The translations under genes and the position numbers were made by a program. DNA of 62,482 bases from IMG/VR virus record IMGVR_UViG_3300044819_000092, positions 1 to 62,482 of that record; one strand, 5' to 3'. Positions 18,792 through 26,506 of this stretch are shown piece by piece. The notes under the pieces were generated by a model that did no database searches, had not been told where the DNA came from, and was given only the letters and a program-made list of their open reading frames with translations. Every line of letters begins with the position of its first letter. Position 1 is the first letter of the stretch. This stretch comes from a virus (Duplodnaviria; Caudoviricetes).

Positions 18792-19522
18792 GTAGAAAAT
18801 TCCTCGCCTCGCCTCGCCAGGCCCCGCCGTACCCCGCCTCGCCTTGCAACACCCGGCCACACCAAGCCCAGCCTCGCATCGCCACGCGGCGCCACTCCAG
18901 ACCCCGAACCTCGAAAACCGTTTGAGAAGAAGACCCTGCCTTGCCAGGCCACGCCTCGCCTCGCCTCGCCCCGACCAGCCTCGCCGTGCCTCGAACCTCG
19001 AAAAGCCGTTGAGAAGAAACCTCGCCGCTCCAAGCCCGGCCTAGCCGGGCCACGCAACGCCCGGCCGTGCCCTGCCTCGCCATGCCCTGCCGGGAGCCTC
19101 GAGAACCGTTGAGAGAGAACCCTCGCCCCGCCCCGCCGAGCCGTGCCGAGCCATGCCTTGCCACGCCGCGCCAGGCCCCGCCGTTCCTTGCACCGCCATG
19201 CCCCGAGCCTCGAAAAGTCGTTGAGAAGAAAACCCGTGCCTCGCACCGCCAAGCCTCGCACCGCCGCGCCACACCTTGCCTCGCAAGGCCAAGCCATGCC
19301 GCGCCGGGCCTCGCACCGCCGCGTTCCTCGAGAACCGTTGAGAAGAAAAGCCTCGCCTGGCCTGGCCCTGCCGCGCACCGCCCCGCCCTGCCAAGCCGGG
19401 CCGGGCCAAGAGCCTCGAAAAGCCGTTGAAGAAAAGCCGCGCCTCGCGCTGCCTTGCCTTGCAGTGCCATGCAGTGCCCGGCCGTGCCCTGCCTCGCCTT
19501 GCCGGGCCGCGCCCCGCCCTCG
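18791..19522 (-). ncRNA. Array of seven GGY-NN pentamer tracts separated by six conserved 26-28 bp linkers; putative guide-RNA array
   Basis: Plus-strand GCCNN tracts (pentamer count): 18801-18905 (21), 18933-18992 (12), 19019-19093 (15), 19120-19204 (17), 19233-19322 (18), 19350-19409 (12), 19436-19520 (17). Linker about GAGCCTCGAAAAGCCGTTGAGAAGAAAA. The repeat is seen directly; the RNA function is inferred. Confidence 0.8.
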
Positions 19523-19539
19523 CCATGTGCCCGCCGCGA

Positions 19540-20178
19540 TCATACCTGCGCCGAGGTCGCCTTTCCGTTCGTCCGGGTCGCCCGCGGTGGGATCACGACT
19601 CGGTCGCTGACGATGACCCACCCCACGACGTCGGCGGTCCCGAACGGGCCGCCCTTCTCGGGCCGGAAGTCCCCGAGGCCCTGTTGCTGGACCCCCTCGC
19701 CGAGCAACATCCGGATGGTCGCCTCGTCGAGGATGTTGTCGTTGATGCGCAGGTACACCTTCGTGCTCCAGGCGTTCAGGCGAGCGCGGTAGCGCATGAT
19801 GCGGCCCTTGGTCGCCGGGATGGTGACCGGCCGAGCGTCGATCTCGAACTCCGACGCCCGGGTCAACCTGTCGGTGAGGAAGAGCGGCGCCAGCTCGTCG
19901 GTGACGATCATCGCGGCCGGCACGATGTACTTCAACGTTTTTCTCGAGCCGCGCTGCTTGTGCGCTCCACCCGCCTCGCGGATGAGCCGCGCGAACGCCG
20001 AGCCGGGCAGGCACAGACCGCCCTCGTCGTCCCGGTAGACGGACGCCTCGCACAACGTCCGAGGATCCTCCGTCGCGATGTGCACCCGCCTCGTCTTCTT
20101 TTCGATCTCCCCGCTGCCGGAAAACCGGTGCAACAGGATCGGACTCGTCCCCTCTACCCATGCTTCGACTGTGATCAT
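19540..20178 (-). CDS. Stand-alone Cas7/RAMP-like protein (212 aa)
   Basis: N-terminal strand VEGTSPILLH, LCLPGSAFARLIREA helix, C-terminal Gly-rich loop GLGDFRPEKGGPFG; GGAG RBS; flanked on both sides by pentamer tracts. Confidence 0.75.
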   Translation of the reverse strand: MITVEAWVEGTSPILLHRFSGSGEIEKKTRRVHIATEDPRTLCEASVYRDDEGGLCLPGSAFARLIREAGGAHKQRGSRKTLKYIVPAAMIVTDELAPLFLTDRLTRASEFEIDARPVTIPATKGRIMRYRARLNAWSTKVYLRINDNILDEATIRMLLGEGVQQQGLGDFRPEKGGPFGTADVVGWVIVSDRVVIPPRATRTNGKATSAQV

Positions 20179-20235
20179 CTCGTTTCTCCGTTCTTTTTCA
20201 GGTTGTCTCGCGGCCCGCGCCAATGCCGCTCTCGT

Positions 20236-20390
20236 CTTCGATGGCGCGATGGGAAGTCCCAAGCCTCGCCTCGCCCGGACAAGCCCTGCCATGCCCGGCC
20301 CCTCCTCGCCGTGCCCTGCCCCGCCACGCCTTGCCGTGCCGTTCCCTGCCGTGCCTAGCCTGGCCGCGCCCGGCCGTGCCACGTTCCTCG
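20236..20390 (-). ncRNA. Single GGY-NN tract (24 pentamers) upstream of the RAMP-like gene
   Basis: 20263-20382 GCCNN x24, bounded by GTTCCTCG (as in the linker at 19323) and a degenerate linker CTTCGATGGCGCGATGGGAAG. Confidence 0.75.
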
Positions 20391-20391
20391 T

Positions 20392-20877
20392 TCACCTGCT
20401 GTCCCCTGCCACCAGACGCAACGGCTGCTCATCGTCATCGTCCGCGCCCGCCTCGCGGACGTAGAGCCCGGTCGCGCCGTCCCAGCACTTGGGGAACTGG
20501 CCCTTGCCCACCTGGTGCCGGCACGGCGTCGAGATGTCGACGTTCGCGAGCTCGGGGTGCGCGTCGATGTAGCTGCGCCACCGCCTCCGGGCGGCCTCGG
20601 TGTGCCGCTGCTCCGCCGCGAACTTCAGCCTCCACCCGTCGGCGTGCGCCCAGGCGCGCGAGCCCTCGGGCAATTCGTCCCGCATGGTGCGGGCCTGGAT
20701 CGCCTTCAGCTCGGTCGCCCGGGCGATTTCGCCGAGCCCGTGCAGGAGTTCGAACGGCGTTGGCTGGCCCGAGGGCGGGCCCTTCATGGGCGCGCTCCAG
20801 GGCGGATCGAAGAGCCGGCACGGGCCGCAGTTCTCGCGCGTGTGGACTGGCTCTCTCTCGGCGTCGGCTTTTTCCAT
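20392..20877 (-). CDS. Hypothetical protein
   Basis: ORF track; RBS-like GGAGG upstream. Confidence 0.6.
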   Translation of the reverse strand: MEKADAEREPVHTRENCGPCRLFDPPWSAPMKGPPSGQPTPFELLHGLGEIARATELKAIQARTMRDELPEGSRAWAHADGWRLKFAAEQRHTEAARRRWRSYIDAHPELANVDISTPCRHQVGKGQFPKCWDGATGLYVREAGADDDDEQPLRLVAGDSR

Positions 20878-20890
20878 GTCCCAACCCCTC

Positions 20891-21997
20891 CTACCGCTGG
20901 TTCAGGTGCTCGAAACTGATGCGCTCGGGCTCGCTCTCGCGACCGCGGCTCCTGGCCACGTTGTGCTTGCATTGCGGGCAGCCGGCGACTGGCCCCGCCC
21001 TCGGGAGCTTCTTGTGGCTCTCGCCGTTCTTGTGCAACTCGCAGTACGCCGAGCCCATGGGCTTGCGCCGCTCGGCCGAGAGCGCCTGGAAGTCCCTGAC
21101 GAAGAACGCGAACGGGTGCTTGGCCTTGAGCCTGCCGGGTGAGGTGTCGTCGAGGTACTCGGCGATGATCGGGCCGGCCCGGCTCTGCACCTCGAGGCGA
21201 GCGATCTCGGGCAGCCCGAGCAGGTACTGGGCCAGATCTGCCTCGTGCCGAGCGGTCCCGCCGGTGTACGTCGCCTGCCCGTACTTCGCGCACCACCCCT
21301 CCGCGAACCTCGCCAACCACCGCGAGGACGGCCACAGGAACTCCGGCTTCGTCGAGCCGAAGGCGCCAAGCGGCGGCGCTGCTGCCACCACGTCCGGCTC
21401 CGGCTCCGGAGCCCTAGGCGTAGCCTGAGATCGCGCGCGCTCCGGATCCGGATCTTCACGCTCTTGATCAAGTTCTCTCTTCGGATCCGGATCTTGCCTG
21501 GACTGGCCTTGACTTGACTTGACTGGTCTTGGGGGGCGGACGATGGGCGGACAAGGGGCGGACATCTCGGCGGACCTGGGGGCGGACAATGGGGCGGACG
21601 TCTCGAGGAGCGACGCCCCGTCCGTCACCTGTCCTCGCTGGCGGATCTTCTGGTCGCGCCACCGCTGGCGCAGGTGGTCCGCGCGCTCGGTCATCCGGAC
21701 GATGGCCCCGCCGGTGTGCTCGGCCCAGTTGTGGATCTCGGCCGGCCGCCCGTCGGCTTCGTCGATGAACCCCGCCGCGACCAGCGCCGCGTAAAGGGCC
21801 CCGTCGAGCGGGCGGTACTGGCAGGCGATCTCGATGTCGTAAGGCTCCATCCCGCCGAGGTTGCCGTCGGGGCACGAGCGGCAGGCCCAGCTCCAAAGCC
21901 GCACCACGTACCACGCTGCCTCGGGGTTCTTCAGCGCCGCGCAGAACCGCAGCGTCTTGCGGTGGCTCGGGAAGCCCTCGTCGATTTCGAGGTACAT
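20891..21997 (-). CDS. Phage replication initiator (replisome organizer)
   Basis: N-terminal SHRK...LWSWA...DG...LVAAGFI...IHNWAEH domain; central low-complexity linker with iterons. Confidence 0.75.
   Translation of the reverse strand: MYLEIDEGFPSHRKTLRFCAALKNPEAAWYVVRLWSWACRSCPDGNLGGMEPYDIEIACQYRPLDGALYAALVAAGFIDEADGRPAEIHNWAEHTGGAIVRMTERADHLRQRWRDQKIRQRGQVTDGASLLETSAPLSAPRSAEMSAPCPPIVRPPRPVKSSQGQSRQDPDPKRELDQEREDPDPERARSQATPRAPEPEPDVVAAAPPLGAFGSTKPEFLWPSSRWLARFAEGWCAKYGQATYTGGTARHEADLAQYLLGLPEIARLEVQSRAGPIIAEYLDDTSPGRLKAKHPFAFFVRDFQALSAERRKPMGSAYCELHKNGESHKKLPRAGPVAGCPQCKHNVARSRGRESEPERISFEHLNQR
21499..21600. repeat. Putative origin iterons inside the initiator gene
   Basis: GGCGGAC at 21535, 21546, 21557, 21569, 21581 and 21593 (11-12 bp period), next to GACTT/GACTG pentamers. 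Confidence 0.7.
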
Positions 21998-22001
21998 CAG
22001 G

Positions 22002-22472
22002 TCACGCCAGGTTCTTCGCGGCCGACGCCGCCGAGGTCGAGATCATGTCCTCGATCTCGAGCTGGGTCGGGGTGAAGGTCAGCCTCGCCATGAGCCCGCA
22101 GTTGCGGCCGAGGAAGACCCAGATCTCGTCGTGATACCAGGTCTCGAACTCGAGCCGCACCGTCGGCGCGCAGTCCTCGTCCGCCGCCTCGAGCGTGGCC
22201 TTGGTGCCGCGGAGCCGGTCGACCTTGCAGGTGTCCGCGCCCGCCACCAGCACCGCCTGGGCGACGACGCGGTCGATCCCGATGATCACCCGCTGCATGT
22301 CGCCCGCCTTCAACGCCGGCAGCGCCCGCTTGGCCCCGAGGCCGAGCGAGCCCGCGATCGAGGCGTCGAGCTCGGCGTCGAACGCCATGATGCACCGGCG
22401 CTGGTAGACGCCGTTCTCCGACGTCGCCTTCAACGTCACGCGCGCGATGCTGGCCAAAAGTTCAAGCTCCAT
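22002..22472 (-). CDS. Hypothetical protein
   Basis: ORF track; GGAG RBS. Confidence 0.7.
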   Translation of the reverse strand: MELELLASIARVTLKATSENGVYQRRCIMAFDAELDASIAGSLGLGAKRALPALKAGDMQRVIIGIDRVVAQAVLVAGADTCKVDRLRGTKATLEAADEDCAPTVRLEFETWYHDEIWVFLGRNCGLMARLTFTPTQLEIEDMISTSAASAAKNLA

Positions 22473-22486
22473 TTTTCAACTCCCTG

Positions 22487-22558
22487 CCGTTAGAGAAAAT
22501 CCACGCCACGCCTTGCATCGCCATGCCTCGCCTGGCCGCGCCTTGCCAAGGCACCTCG
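22487..22558 (-). ncRNA. Satellite GGY-NN unit (10 pentamers) with both half-linkers
   Basis: CCGTTAGAGAAAA, then GCCNN x10 (22500-22549), then GGCACCTCG; intergenic. Confidence 0.7.
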
Positions 22559-22562
22559 TCCT

Positions 22563-22757
22563 TCATTTCGGGACCCTGACCCGCCAGCCCCACGCGCCCA
22601 CGAGCTCGCCGTCGGGCCGGATCTTCCAGCACGTGAGGAGCGGCGTCCCGTCGGGCTCCCTCGCCGTGAAGACCATCGAGATCTCGCGGCCACCAGTGCC
22701 ATCGAGGACCACGCGGTCGCCCGGCCGGAGCTCGGCCAGGTAGTCCTTCATGGTCAT
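22563..22757 (-). CDS. Small hypothetical protein
   Basis: MTMKDYLAELRPGDRVVL...; coupled to the upstream gene. Confidence 0.55.
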   Translation of the reverse strand: MTMKDYLAELRPGDRVVLDGTGGREISMVFTAREPDGTPLLTCWKIRPDGELVGAWGWRVRVPK

Positions 22758-23449
22758 GGGGTGAGCCTCACGAACGAGATGGCCCAGACCATCGGGTTCG
22801 CCGCCCAGGACTTCTGGCCGTCCTCGCCATGGATGAAGGCCCACAGGCCCGCGAAGGCCTCGATGGCAGGCTGCCCGCGCGCGGGCGCTATCCCCTCGGC
22901 GAGCGCGTCCTCTTCGGTGATGTCCTGGAGGCGCTCGAGGCGGGTCTCGGTGATCCCGAGGACGATCCGCGCGTGCGCCCGGGGCATGTGGAGCTGCGAT
23001 CGAATTCGACCGGCCCACGCCGGCCTCGGGCCTTCGGCGAGGTAGTGAATCTTCACCCCGGCCGGGATGTCGCGCGCGGCGAGAGTCGGCAGCCCGGCTG
23101 CCGGATCGGCGTCGTAGCCGCGGCCTGCGCACCAACCCTCCTTGACCCAGAGCTTGAAGCCGGGGACGCCGTACGGGCACACCACCTCGGTGCCGACCAT
23201 TCGGCCGTGCGTGGCGATTCTCCTCGTCTGCGTCTTCCGCCCGTCGAGGATGGCCCGCACCATCTCGGCCATGAAGAGGATCGGCCGCTCGAGACCACGG
23301 CCGTTCGCCTCGGAGTCCGAGAGACGGTCGACACGTCTCCCCGAGGCTGGGGCGCCTGCCCCCTCTCCCTTACGCGGATCCTCGGCGCGGGGGATAACTT
23401 CGTCCCCCGGCACCTCGCCGCTCGGATTTGGAAGACCTGGCGCGCTCAC
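22754..23449 (-). CDS. ASCH/PUA-like conserved phage protein
   Basis: RPILF..EMVRAILDGRKTQTRR...HMPR...ERLQDITEEDALAEG...NPMVW; start uncertain. Confidence 0.8.
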   Translation of the reverse strand: MSAPGLPNPSGEVPGDEVIPRAEDPRKGEGAGAPASGRRVDRLSDSEANGRGLERPILFMAEMVRAILDGRKTQTRRIATHGRMVGTEVVCPYGVPGFKLWVKEGWCAGRGYDADPAAGLPTLAARDIPAGVKIHYLAEGPRPAWAGRIRSQLHMPRAHARIVLGITETRLERLQDITEEDALAEGIAPARGQPAIEAFAGLWAFIHGEDGQKSWAANPMVWAISFVRLTP

Positions 23450-23655
23450 GGAGCCACCTGGCAATACACGGTCACCTCGTAGTCGACGGCCGAGACCCGG
23501 ATGGTCGCCGAGCAGGTACCGCACTCGTACCGGAACCCCTCGACGAGCAGGCCCTCGACGTCCGGCTCCGCGAGCGAGTTGTGAGCGCCGCACCGCGGGC
23601 ACTCGACCCGCTCGACGTCGTCCGACTCGGTCTCGGCCAGATCCACGGTGCTCAC
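23446..23655 (-). CDS. Zinc-ribbon protein
   Basis: CPRC...CGTC. Confidence 0.7.
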   Translation of the reverse strand: MSTVDLAETESDDVERVECPRCGAHNSLAEPDVEGLLVEGFRYECGTCSATIRVSAVDYEVTVYCQVAP

Positions 23656-23746
23656 AGCTGCACGCTCAAGAGCACGAGCAGGAACGCGCCCCCCACCACC
23701 ATCACGGCGAGGCAGACCATGTCCCGAGTCGTCGGCCGCGGCGCCA

Positions 23747-24046
23747 TCATGGCGTCGGCTCCTTGGCGAGATCGTTCGTCGGCTCGTCGAGCTCCTCGAT
23801 GGCCTCCTCGAGGACGAGCCGCGCCGCGAGCAGCTTGCGCCCGTGATCCGTGAGGGTCCAGGCCTCGAGGGGATCGGCGTCCTCGGACTTCCGCAGGGGG
23901 GGCAGGCTCGCCACGAATCCCGGCGCGGTGGACGTGGTAACCGGGATGAGGAACGGCCGGAACTCGGCGATGGTCGGGGCGATCCTGAAGAAGTCGGCCG
24001 CGGTCTCGCACTCGAGCGTCACCTCGCCCACGCTGAACTTGATCAT
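23747..24046 (-). CDS. Hypothetical protein
   Basis: Coupled ORF. Confidence 0.55.
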   Translation of the reverse strand: MIKFSVGEVTLECETAADFFRIAPTIAEFRPFLIPVTTSTAPGFVASLPPLRKSEDADPLEAWTLTDHGRKLLAARLVLEEAIEELDEPTNDLAKEPTP

Positions 24047-24345
24047 GCCTGGGCCCTCACCAGCTCGGCCGAGGGTGGAGTGAGCGCGGCGGTCGCGGCT
24101 TGGCGGAGGATCCGCGCCTCGCGTTCCAGCCCGCGGGCGGTCGCCCGGATGGCCTCAATCCGCTCGTGCGACGCCTTCAGGGCGAGGCCCGCCCGGAAGA
24201 ACTTGCCCACGGCGAGGCCCGTCTCGTAGTCCCGGATGGCCTGACTCCACAGCTCGGCCGCCCGGACCCAGCCGGCCGCCGCCTGGCGCTCGAGCTCTGT
24301 GGCGACGTCGAGGATGTCGGCGGGGGAGAGCCGCGGCACGGTCAT
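24043..24345 (-). CDS. Hypothetical protein
   Basis: Coupled ORF. Confidence 0.55.
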   Translation of the reverse strand: MTVPRLSPADILDVATELERQAAAGWVRAAELWSQAIRDYETGLAVGKFFRAGLALKASHERIEAIRATARGLEREARILRQAATAALTPPSAELVRAQA

Positions 24346-24619
24346 CGGCGCCGCTCCGCGGGCCCGGGGGAGGCCTTGCGGCGCGTCCCGCTCACCTGGT
24401 CGGGATACCGCGCCTGGAACTCGAGCCAGGCCTTGTGGCCGGCGGCACCCACCCGGTCGAGTGCCCGGGCGGCGGCCAGTTGCTCGGTGCGTGGGATGAC
24501 CCGGAACGGGGGCTCACGCAGCGGGGCAGGGGGGGGAGACTTGTTCCCAGACCTGCCCGGGGAGGGGCGGCGGGCGGGGGTCACGAGAGGCCCCCAGGGA
24601 GAGCGTATCCGACCCTGTC

Positions 24620-24910
24620 AACCCGTGCCAACTCGTGCCAGTTTTGGACCCATAACCGGTCCCATAACTCGCGCTCCCGGCGTAAACCCGTGCCAGCTCG
24701 CGCCATGAGCGCGATTTCCCTACACCTGTGTAAAATCGCCGGGAAATCAGCTACTTCGGGAGCGAACTCCGCGTCACAACTTGGAGCCGGTAGGGTGAAT
24801 TGAACACCCGTCCTACGGTTTACGAAGCCGAAGGGGCGCAGAAAGGAGCCGAGGAATTCTAGGCACTTGCGAAGGGCGGATTGCAAAAATACCCATAACC
24901 CGCCATAACT
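24620..24910. other. attP with the 3' half of tRNA-Thr(CGT) as core (24782-24830, minus strand) and arm-type repeats
   Basis: Minus strand CGGC-TTCGTAA-ACCGTAGGAC-GGGTG-TTCAATT-CACCC-TACCGGCT-CCA. Paired CCATAAC repeats at 24650/24662 and 24893/24903; ACYCGTGCCA repeats at 24621-24640 and near 24686. Confidence 0.8.
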
Positions 24911-24916
24911 CGGGTC

Positions 24917-26071
24917 ATGAAAACGACCCCCACGATCGCGACCCAAAAACCGACCAAGCCGATACGGGCCCGCCGAGGTGCCGGTGCGGTTCGAAAGAAG
25001 GGCAGGAGCTGGCAGCTGCGGTTCACGGACGGAGACGGCGTCCGGAAGGAGATCGGAGCGTTCGCAACCAAGGCAGAGGCGGACACCCGTCTGAAGGAGT
25101 ACACCGCCGAGGCCAAGACGAAACGGGTCGCCCTGCCGGACCACGTCGGCCGGTCGTCGCCGTTCATCCGGGATCTGCTCCCGGAGTTTCTGGCCCAGCG
25201 CAAGCAGGCCGGCGAGGACCGGAGCCGAGCCAAGCACTTCGGGGATCTGGTCGACAAGCGGGTAGGGCGGGTGAATGCCGGGGACCTCAGAGCGCTCGTC
25301 AAGCAGTTGCGCGAGCCGCCCAAGTCGCTGTCGGGAGGGTCCGTCGAGCGGGTCCTCTACCTGGCGTCGTCCTTCTACCGCTGGCACCTGCAGACAAACC
25401 CGAGCGTCACGAATCCCGTGACCGCCTATCTGCGCTCCCTCGAGCGCACCCAAAGAAACGTACTCCGCTCCCAGCACGACCACCGGGACACCCCGTTCAT
25501 CGAGCGGCGGGAAGATCTGGCCCGGGTGTTCCGGGCCCTTCCCGAGCCCATGAACATCGCCTATGGCCTGTCGGCGTTCGCGGGCCTGCGCCCGGGTGAG
25601 GCGTTGGCGCTGGAGTGGGAGGACGTCGATCTCGCCAAGGGCATCCTGACCGTGCGCCAGGCCTTGCGACACGGCAAGGTCGGGGGACCCAAGTCGACCG
25701 CCGCGGATCCCTCGAAGAGGAACAGAAAGGTGCCCATCACGCCCTCCTTCCTGGCGGTGTTGCAGGAGTGGCGCCCGAAGGCCCCCGGCGTGCTCGTGGT
25801 GCCGGCCAGGCGGGGAGACAGGCACCTCGACGACTCGGCCGTGCAGGATGCGCTCGACGGGATCTGGGCGACCCTGGAGCTGCCCCGGATGACCTTCTAC
25901 AGCGCGGGCCGTCACTCGTTCGCGTCGCAGTGGGTCCTTGCGGGCCAGGACGTGTTCCGGCTCTCCAAGGTCCTCGGCCACAGCTCGGTGGAGACGACCA
26001 AGCGCTACGCCCACCTCACCGACCATGTTCCTGCCTCGGTGCTCGCGGCGGTCGATGTGCCCTTAGGATGA
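24917..26071 (+). CDS. int: Tyrosine integrase
   Basis: GLRPGEALAL, K, YSAGRHSFAS and LGHSSVETTKRYAH catalytic set; N-terminal arm-binding domain. Confidence 0.95.
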   Translation: MKTTPTIATQKPTKPIRARRGAGAVRKKGRSWQLRFTDGDGVRKEIGAFATKAEADTRLKEYTAEAKTKRVALPDHVGRSSPFIRDLLPEFLAQRKQAGEDRSRAKHFGDLVDKRVGRVNAGDLRALVKQLREPPKSLSGGSVERVLYLASSFYRWHLQTNPSVTNPVTAYLRSLERTQRNVLRSQHDHRDTPFIERREDLARVFRALPEPMNIAYGLSAFAGLRPGEALALEWEDVDLAKGILTVRQALRHGKVGGPKSTAADPSKRNRKVPITPSFLAVLQEWRPKAPGVLVVPARRGDRHLDDSAVQDALDGIWATLELPRMTFYSAGRHSFASQWVLAGQDVFRLSKVLGHSSVETTKRYAHLTDHVPASVLAAVDVPLG

Positions 26072-26258
26072 CGTCGAGGTCGAACCGGACGAGCCGGCCG
26101 ATCTGGATGTGCGGCCACTCCCCGGACTTCTTCTTGCGCATGACCGTCCACTCCGAGATCTGGAACATCTCGGCGATCTGCTTGGTGTCGACGTACCGGG
26201 GCAACTCGGCTGCGCGGTGCTTGATCGGAGTGTCACCGCCCGCCATGACCGACGACAT
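26016..26258 (-). CDS. Excisionase-like HTH protein
   Basis: YVDTKQIAEMFQISEWTV...GEWPHIQIGRLVRF. Confidence 0.8.
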   Translation of the reverse strand: MSSVMAGGDTPIKHRAAELPRYVDTKQIAEMFQISEWTVMRKKKSGEWPHIQIGRLVRFDLDVILRAHRPPRAPRQEHGR

Positions 26259-26266
26259 GGCCACGG

Positions 26267-26506
26267 CTACGCCTCCCCGCCTTCGGGTATGGGCGCCCCG
26301 TCCCGCGCGATGCGGTCGATTTCGGCCCGTGGGACGAGTATCCGCCGGCCGATCCGCACGAGCTTGATCTGCCCCCTGTCCTCGAGGACGATGAGAAACC
26401 GCGGCCTCAGCCCGAGCTCGCGCGCGGCCCTGGCCAGCGGCTCCAGGACCGGCGCCGGATCGGGGGGACGGCGGTGGACCCGAGTAGCTGCTGCCATGAC
26501 CGTCAT
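26267..26506 (-). CDS. Second excisionase-like HTH protein
   Basis: AARELGL...GQIKLVRIGRRILVPRAEIDR. Confidence 0.7.
   Translation of the reverse strand: MTVMAAATRVHRRPPDPAPVLEPLARAARELGLRPRFLIVLEDRGQIKLVRIGRRILVPRAEIDRIARDGAPIPEGGEA

Noticed and set aside
18791-19522. Canonical CRISPR array
   Set aside because: The spacers are 60-105 bp and are themselves 5-nt periodic, the linkers vary, and no cas1/cas2 is present. Treated as a distinct array type.
18685-20358. Arg/Gly/Ala/Pro-rich ORFs overlapping the pentamer tracts
   Set aside because: They are translations of a 5-nt periodic repeat, open in many frames and without protein-like features.
19780-20382. Upstream tract self-targeting the RAMP-like gene (T-x-G-R-I similarity to TKGRI)
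   Set aside because: Only about 4 dinucleotides match without gaps, which is within chance.
24782-24830. Complete tRNA gene
   Set aside because: Only the 3' half is present, with no D-arm or 5' acceptor strand. Interpreted as the attP core.
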